Shown here piece after piece: positions 61,456-64,000 of a DNA stretch of 64,000 nucleotides. Position 1 is the first letter of the stretch; every line of letters starts with the position of its first letter. The DNA comes from Steroidobacteraceae bacterium (GTDB lineage: Bacteria; Pseudomonadota; Gammaproteobacteria; Steroidobacterales; Steroidobacteraceae), in the NCBI GenBank assembly GCA_034005205.1, contig JAVEVD010000001.1, forward strand, positions 33,197 to 97,196. The letters run 5' to 3'. The translations under genes were made by a program, and so were the position numbers. Under the pieces are notes generated by a model, which was given only the letters and a program-made list of their open reading frames with translations, was not told the origin of the DNA and did no database searches.

Positions 61456-61711
61456 ACCCGGCCGTCGCGCTACGCCGTCCGCCGAATCGCGGCGGGCGCA
61501 CGGTCACTCACTTCCGGTGCATCTGTGTACGCTCGGCGCGGTCGACGGGTTCGAGCTCTACCGCATTTTCTTCCTGAGAGCATCTCGGGAGAACGTCGGT
61601 CGAGGCGAACTGCAATCGAGTATACGCCAGCGCTCGGCCCGCAAACGCCGGAAAACGCGCACAAGGATCACGGGTTGCGACGCCGCGCGACGGCGGCGGT
61701 CGGCCGCTCGC

Positions 61712-62830
61712 TCAAACAAGTGCCAGCTGCTGCGGGCCGTTGACCGGCGCAGTGAACGCCGCGCAGTTGTACTCGAACCGTTCGCGTCGACTCAGGCCGT
61801 AGCGCGTGCACGCCGTCTTGAAGCGCTGCGCGAGCAGCTGCGCGTATTCGCCTTCGCCGCGCTGCCGGCTCTTCCACCGCGAGTCGTAATCACGCCCGCC
61901 GCGCATTGCGGTCATGCGCGACATGACGTGCTTCGCCTTGAGAGGCTCATTCAGCTCCAACCACTCGCGAAACAGGTCTTTCACTTCGTACGGCAGGCGC
62001 AGCAACACGTAGCCTGCGCTGCTGGCGCCGGCTTGCGCGGCGGCCTGGAGAATGTTTTCCAGCTCCGAATCGGTGAGCACCGGGATCACCGGGGCCGCCA
62101 TGACGCCGACGCACACGCCGGCCTCGGCCAGCCTGCGGATGGTTCGCAGTCGCGCCGCAGGCGATGCGGTGCGCGGCTCGAGCGTGCGCTTCAGCTCGTT
62201 CGACAGCGTCGTCACGCTCACGAAAGCATGCACCAGACTGTCGCGCGCGAGCGGCGCAAGCAGATCGAGATCACGCTCGATGAGCGCGCTCTTGGTGATG
62301 ATGGAGAACGGATGCCGGCAGCGCGCCAGCACTTCGATGATGCTGCGGGTGATCCGGTATTCGCGCTCGATGGGCTGATAGGGATCGGTGTTGGCGCCAA
62401 TCGCGATCGGCTCGCAGCGATAGCCCGGCGCGGCGAGCTCCTGCTCGAGCAATCGAGCCGCATCCTTCTTGTAGAAGAGCCTGGTCTCGAAATCCAGGCC
62501 AGGAGACAGATTCACGTAAGCGTGCGACGGGCGTGCATAGCAGTAGATGCAGCCGTGCTCGCAGCCGCGATAAGGATTGATGGACTGCGAAAATGGAATG
62601 TCGGGCGACTGGTTGCGGGAGATGATCGAACGCGCCGGCTCGGGGAGCACCACGGTCTCGAACGGCGGCAGTTCCTCGTCGGCGGATCCCCAGCCGTCGT
62701 CCACCCGTTCGGTGCGGGTGGATTCAAAACGGCCTGGCGGATTCGACAAGGCGCCGCGGCCTGATTGGATGGGACGGTGCATGGAGCGGCGGTTGGCGGT
62801 TCGCAAGGCGCCGTAGTCGCGCCTGACCAC
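61712..62830 (-). CDS. Radical SAM protein (PA0069-type)
   Basis: 372 aa, with an alternative start at 62782 (MHRPIQSGRGALSNPPGRF). CxxxCxxC cluster motif GCEHGCIYCYARP. Confidence 0.85.
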   Translation of the reverse strand: MVRRDYGALRTANRRSMHRPIQSGRGALSNPPGRFESTRTERVDDGWGSADEELPPFETVVLPEPARSIISRNQSPDIPFSQSINPYRGCEHGCIYCYARPSHAYVNLSPGLDFETRLFYKKDAARLLEQELAAPGYRCEPIAIGANTDPYQPIEREYRITRSIIEVLARCRHPFSIITKSALIERDLDLLAPLARDSLVHAFVSVTTLSNELKRTLEPRTASPAARLRTIRRLAEAGVCVGVMAAPVIPVLTDSELENILQAAAQAGASSAGYVLLRLPYEVKDLFREWLELNEPLKAKHVMSRMTAMRGGRDYDSRWKSRQRGEGEYAQLLAQRFKTACTRYGLSRRERFEYNCAAFTAPVNGPQQLALV

Positions 62831-62896
62831 TGTATTAAAAATCAGCTGCTGGTGAAAGCCGGCCGATCACGTACGGAAGCTCGGCGTCTCCTGACC

Positions 62897-62912
62897 AACC
62901 GCTAATCGCTTC
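62897..62912. repeat. AACCGCTAATCGCTTC (single degenerate copy of the TAACCGC element)
   Basis: Contains the TAG stop (62902-62904, minus) of the HWE kinase gene. ATTAGCGGTT recurs in the opposite orientation at about 51363-51372. Confidence 0.55.
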
Positions 62913-64000
62913 TCGCCTGCGCCGGAAACCGCACCTGCACCGTCGTGCCCTGCTCCGAGGAGCTGATGCGTAACTCGCCGCGCAACTGCCGCGCGAAAGC
63001 CTCGATGAGGGAGTGGCCGAGTCCGGCGCTTTCGTGGTTCGGCTCGGAAGCGTCCAGGCCGACGCCGTCGTCCTGCACGGTGAGCGTGAGCGTGCCGGGC
63101 GAATCGCGTTCGACTTTCACCCATACGCGCCCGCCCTCGCGACCATTGAACGCGTGCTTGTAGGCGTTGGTGATCGCCTCCGTGACCAACAAGCCGAGCG
63201 GCGCCGCTGCGCTCGGTCCGATGACCTCGCTTGGGCATTCGACCAGCAGATCGACGTGCCGCCCGCGAGGCATGCCGCTGCGGCGCAGTTCCGCGGCGAG
63301 GTCTTCGAGGAACCACTTCAGATCGATCTCCTGCAGACTCTCTGATTCGTACAGTCGGCGATGCAGGGTGGCGAGCGCATTGATGCGGCTGCGCGCCTCG
63401 GCGAAGGCGACTTCCGCCTGTGGATCGCGAATGCGTCGCGCATGCAGGTTGAGCAGGCTCATCACCAGCTGCAGGTTGTTCTTCACGCGATGATGAACCT
63501 CGCGCACCAGCACTTCCTTCTGCTGCAGAGAATCGCGCAGCTCCGCTTCGCGCGCCGATAGCAGATCGGCCATTCGCGAGAACGTCTCGCCCAGGCTGCG
63601 GATCTCCGCCGGCGCGGCGCTCACGCGCTCCGGCCGCACGCTGTGGCGCCCAGACGCATAAGCCGACGTGATGCGTTCCAAGTACGTAATCCAGCGCACC
63701 ACCATGTGCTCGATGCCAAACCACACTACCGCAATCGCGAGCACCCACATCAGCAGCGGCGTGAGCACGCCCCATGCAACCTGCAGCGCAAGCGGGCCAA
63801 TGGCGGTCCGCACGGGCGTGCCGAGAAGTGCGAAGATGCGCCCTTCGATCAACGGGCCAATGGTGTAGAGGCGCCATACTCCGTCATGCCCGCGCGCGCG
63901 GAACGCCGTGGCTCCGGCGACCGCCAGCGGCAGGTGTTCCTCTACGACGCTGCGGGGCGGAAGCGGCGAGCGCGCCGGCGAGCGGACTCCTTCACCGGTG
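62902..64000 (-). CDS. Sensor histidine kinase, HisKA_2/HWE type (partial; N-terminus beyond right edge)
   Basis: The ORF track starts it at 63852 (TTG), but I checked the frame by hand and it stays open to 63999. TM plus HAMP-like linker, H-box EVHHRVKNNLQLVMSLLNL, HATPase region LVTEAITNAYKHAF...DDGVGL. Confidence 0.85.
   Translation of the reverse strand, partial: TGEGVRSPARSPLPPRSVVEEHLPLAVAGATAFRARGHDGVWRLYTIGPLIEGRIFALLGTPVRTAIGPLALQVAWGVLTPLLMWVLAIAVVWFGIEHMVVRWITYLERITSAYASGRHSVRPERVSAAPAEIRSLGETFSRMADLLSAREAELRDSLQQKEVLVREVHHRVKNNLQLVMSLLNLHARRIRDPQAEVAFAEARSRINALATLHRRLYESESLQEIDLKWFLEDLAAELRRSGMPRGRHVDLLVECPSEVIGPSAAAPLGLLVTEAITNAYKHAFNGREGGRVWVKVERDSPGTLTLTVQDDGVGLDASEPNHESAGLGHSLIEAFARQLRGELRISSSEQGTTVQVRFPAQARSD

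Noticed and set aside
1-64000. Mobile elements, prophage, integrase/transposase, rRNA/tRNA genes, and a PP2C phosphatase
   Set aside because: I looked through all listed translations and intergenic regions and found no recognisable transposase, integrase, phage structural protein, PP2C motif set or RNA gene.

Overview
This is a very GC-rich stretch of bacterial chromosome, roughly two-thirds G+C by eye (not computed). Gene content looks proteobacterial: RND/OprM efflux, Lol/MacB-type ABC systems, TonB/ExbB-type parts and a zwf-pgl-glk operon. I found no rRNA, tRNA, CRISPR array, transposase or integrase. About 60 protein genes can be supported.

Ordinary content:
- A tetR-regulated RND tripartite efflux operon (316-6792, minus).
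- Two divergently transcribed, mirror-image MacAB-like ABC efflux clusters (8923-13371 minus; 13644-18335 plus).
- Single housekeeping or accessory genes: lrp-family regulator, GFA, sodB, phospholipase D, DksA-like, GNAT, LysR, VOC, pirin, an ECF sigma/anti-sigma pair, zwf-pgl-glk, a glycosyltransferase, an MBL hydrolase, DUF502, PBP4 (dacB), a TreS-maltokinase fusion, a PA0069-type radical SAM protein, two histidine kinases and several small outer-membrane barrels.

The stand-out is an eleven-gene, same-strand cluster at 46.8-61.4 kb. It combines:
- a MotA/TolQ/ExbB-family proton-channel protein;
- two paralogous coiled-coil vWA proteins whose N-terminal Asp-containing transmembrane (TM) anchors resemble ExbD/TolR;
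- a degenerate Hsp70-like/FHA fusion;
- an FHA-like/PEGA/FGE-sulfatase-domain membrane protein;
- a Hanks Ser/Thr kinase with periplasmic TPR repeats;
- four lipoproteins.
A TPR/TonB-C protein is convergent next door. I do not recognise this combination as a characterised system.

A second recurring signal is a family of GCGGTTA/GCGGATA heptamer arrays at gene 3' ends. Some of them supply the last codons and the stop codon of unrelated genes.

Many long ORFs in the six-frame track are high-GC shadow frames and were rejected. All coordinates I derived by hand may be off by 1-2 nt.
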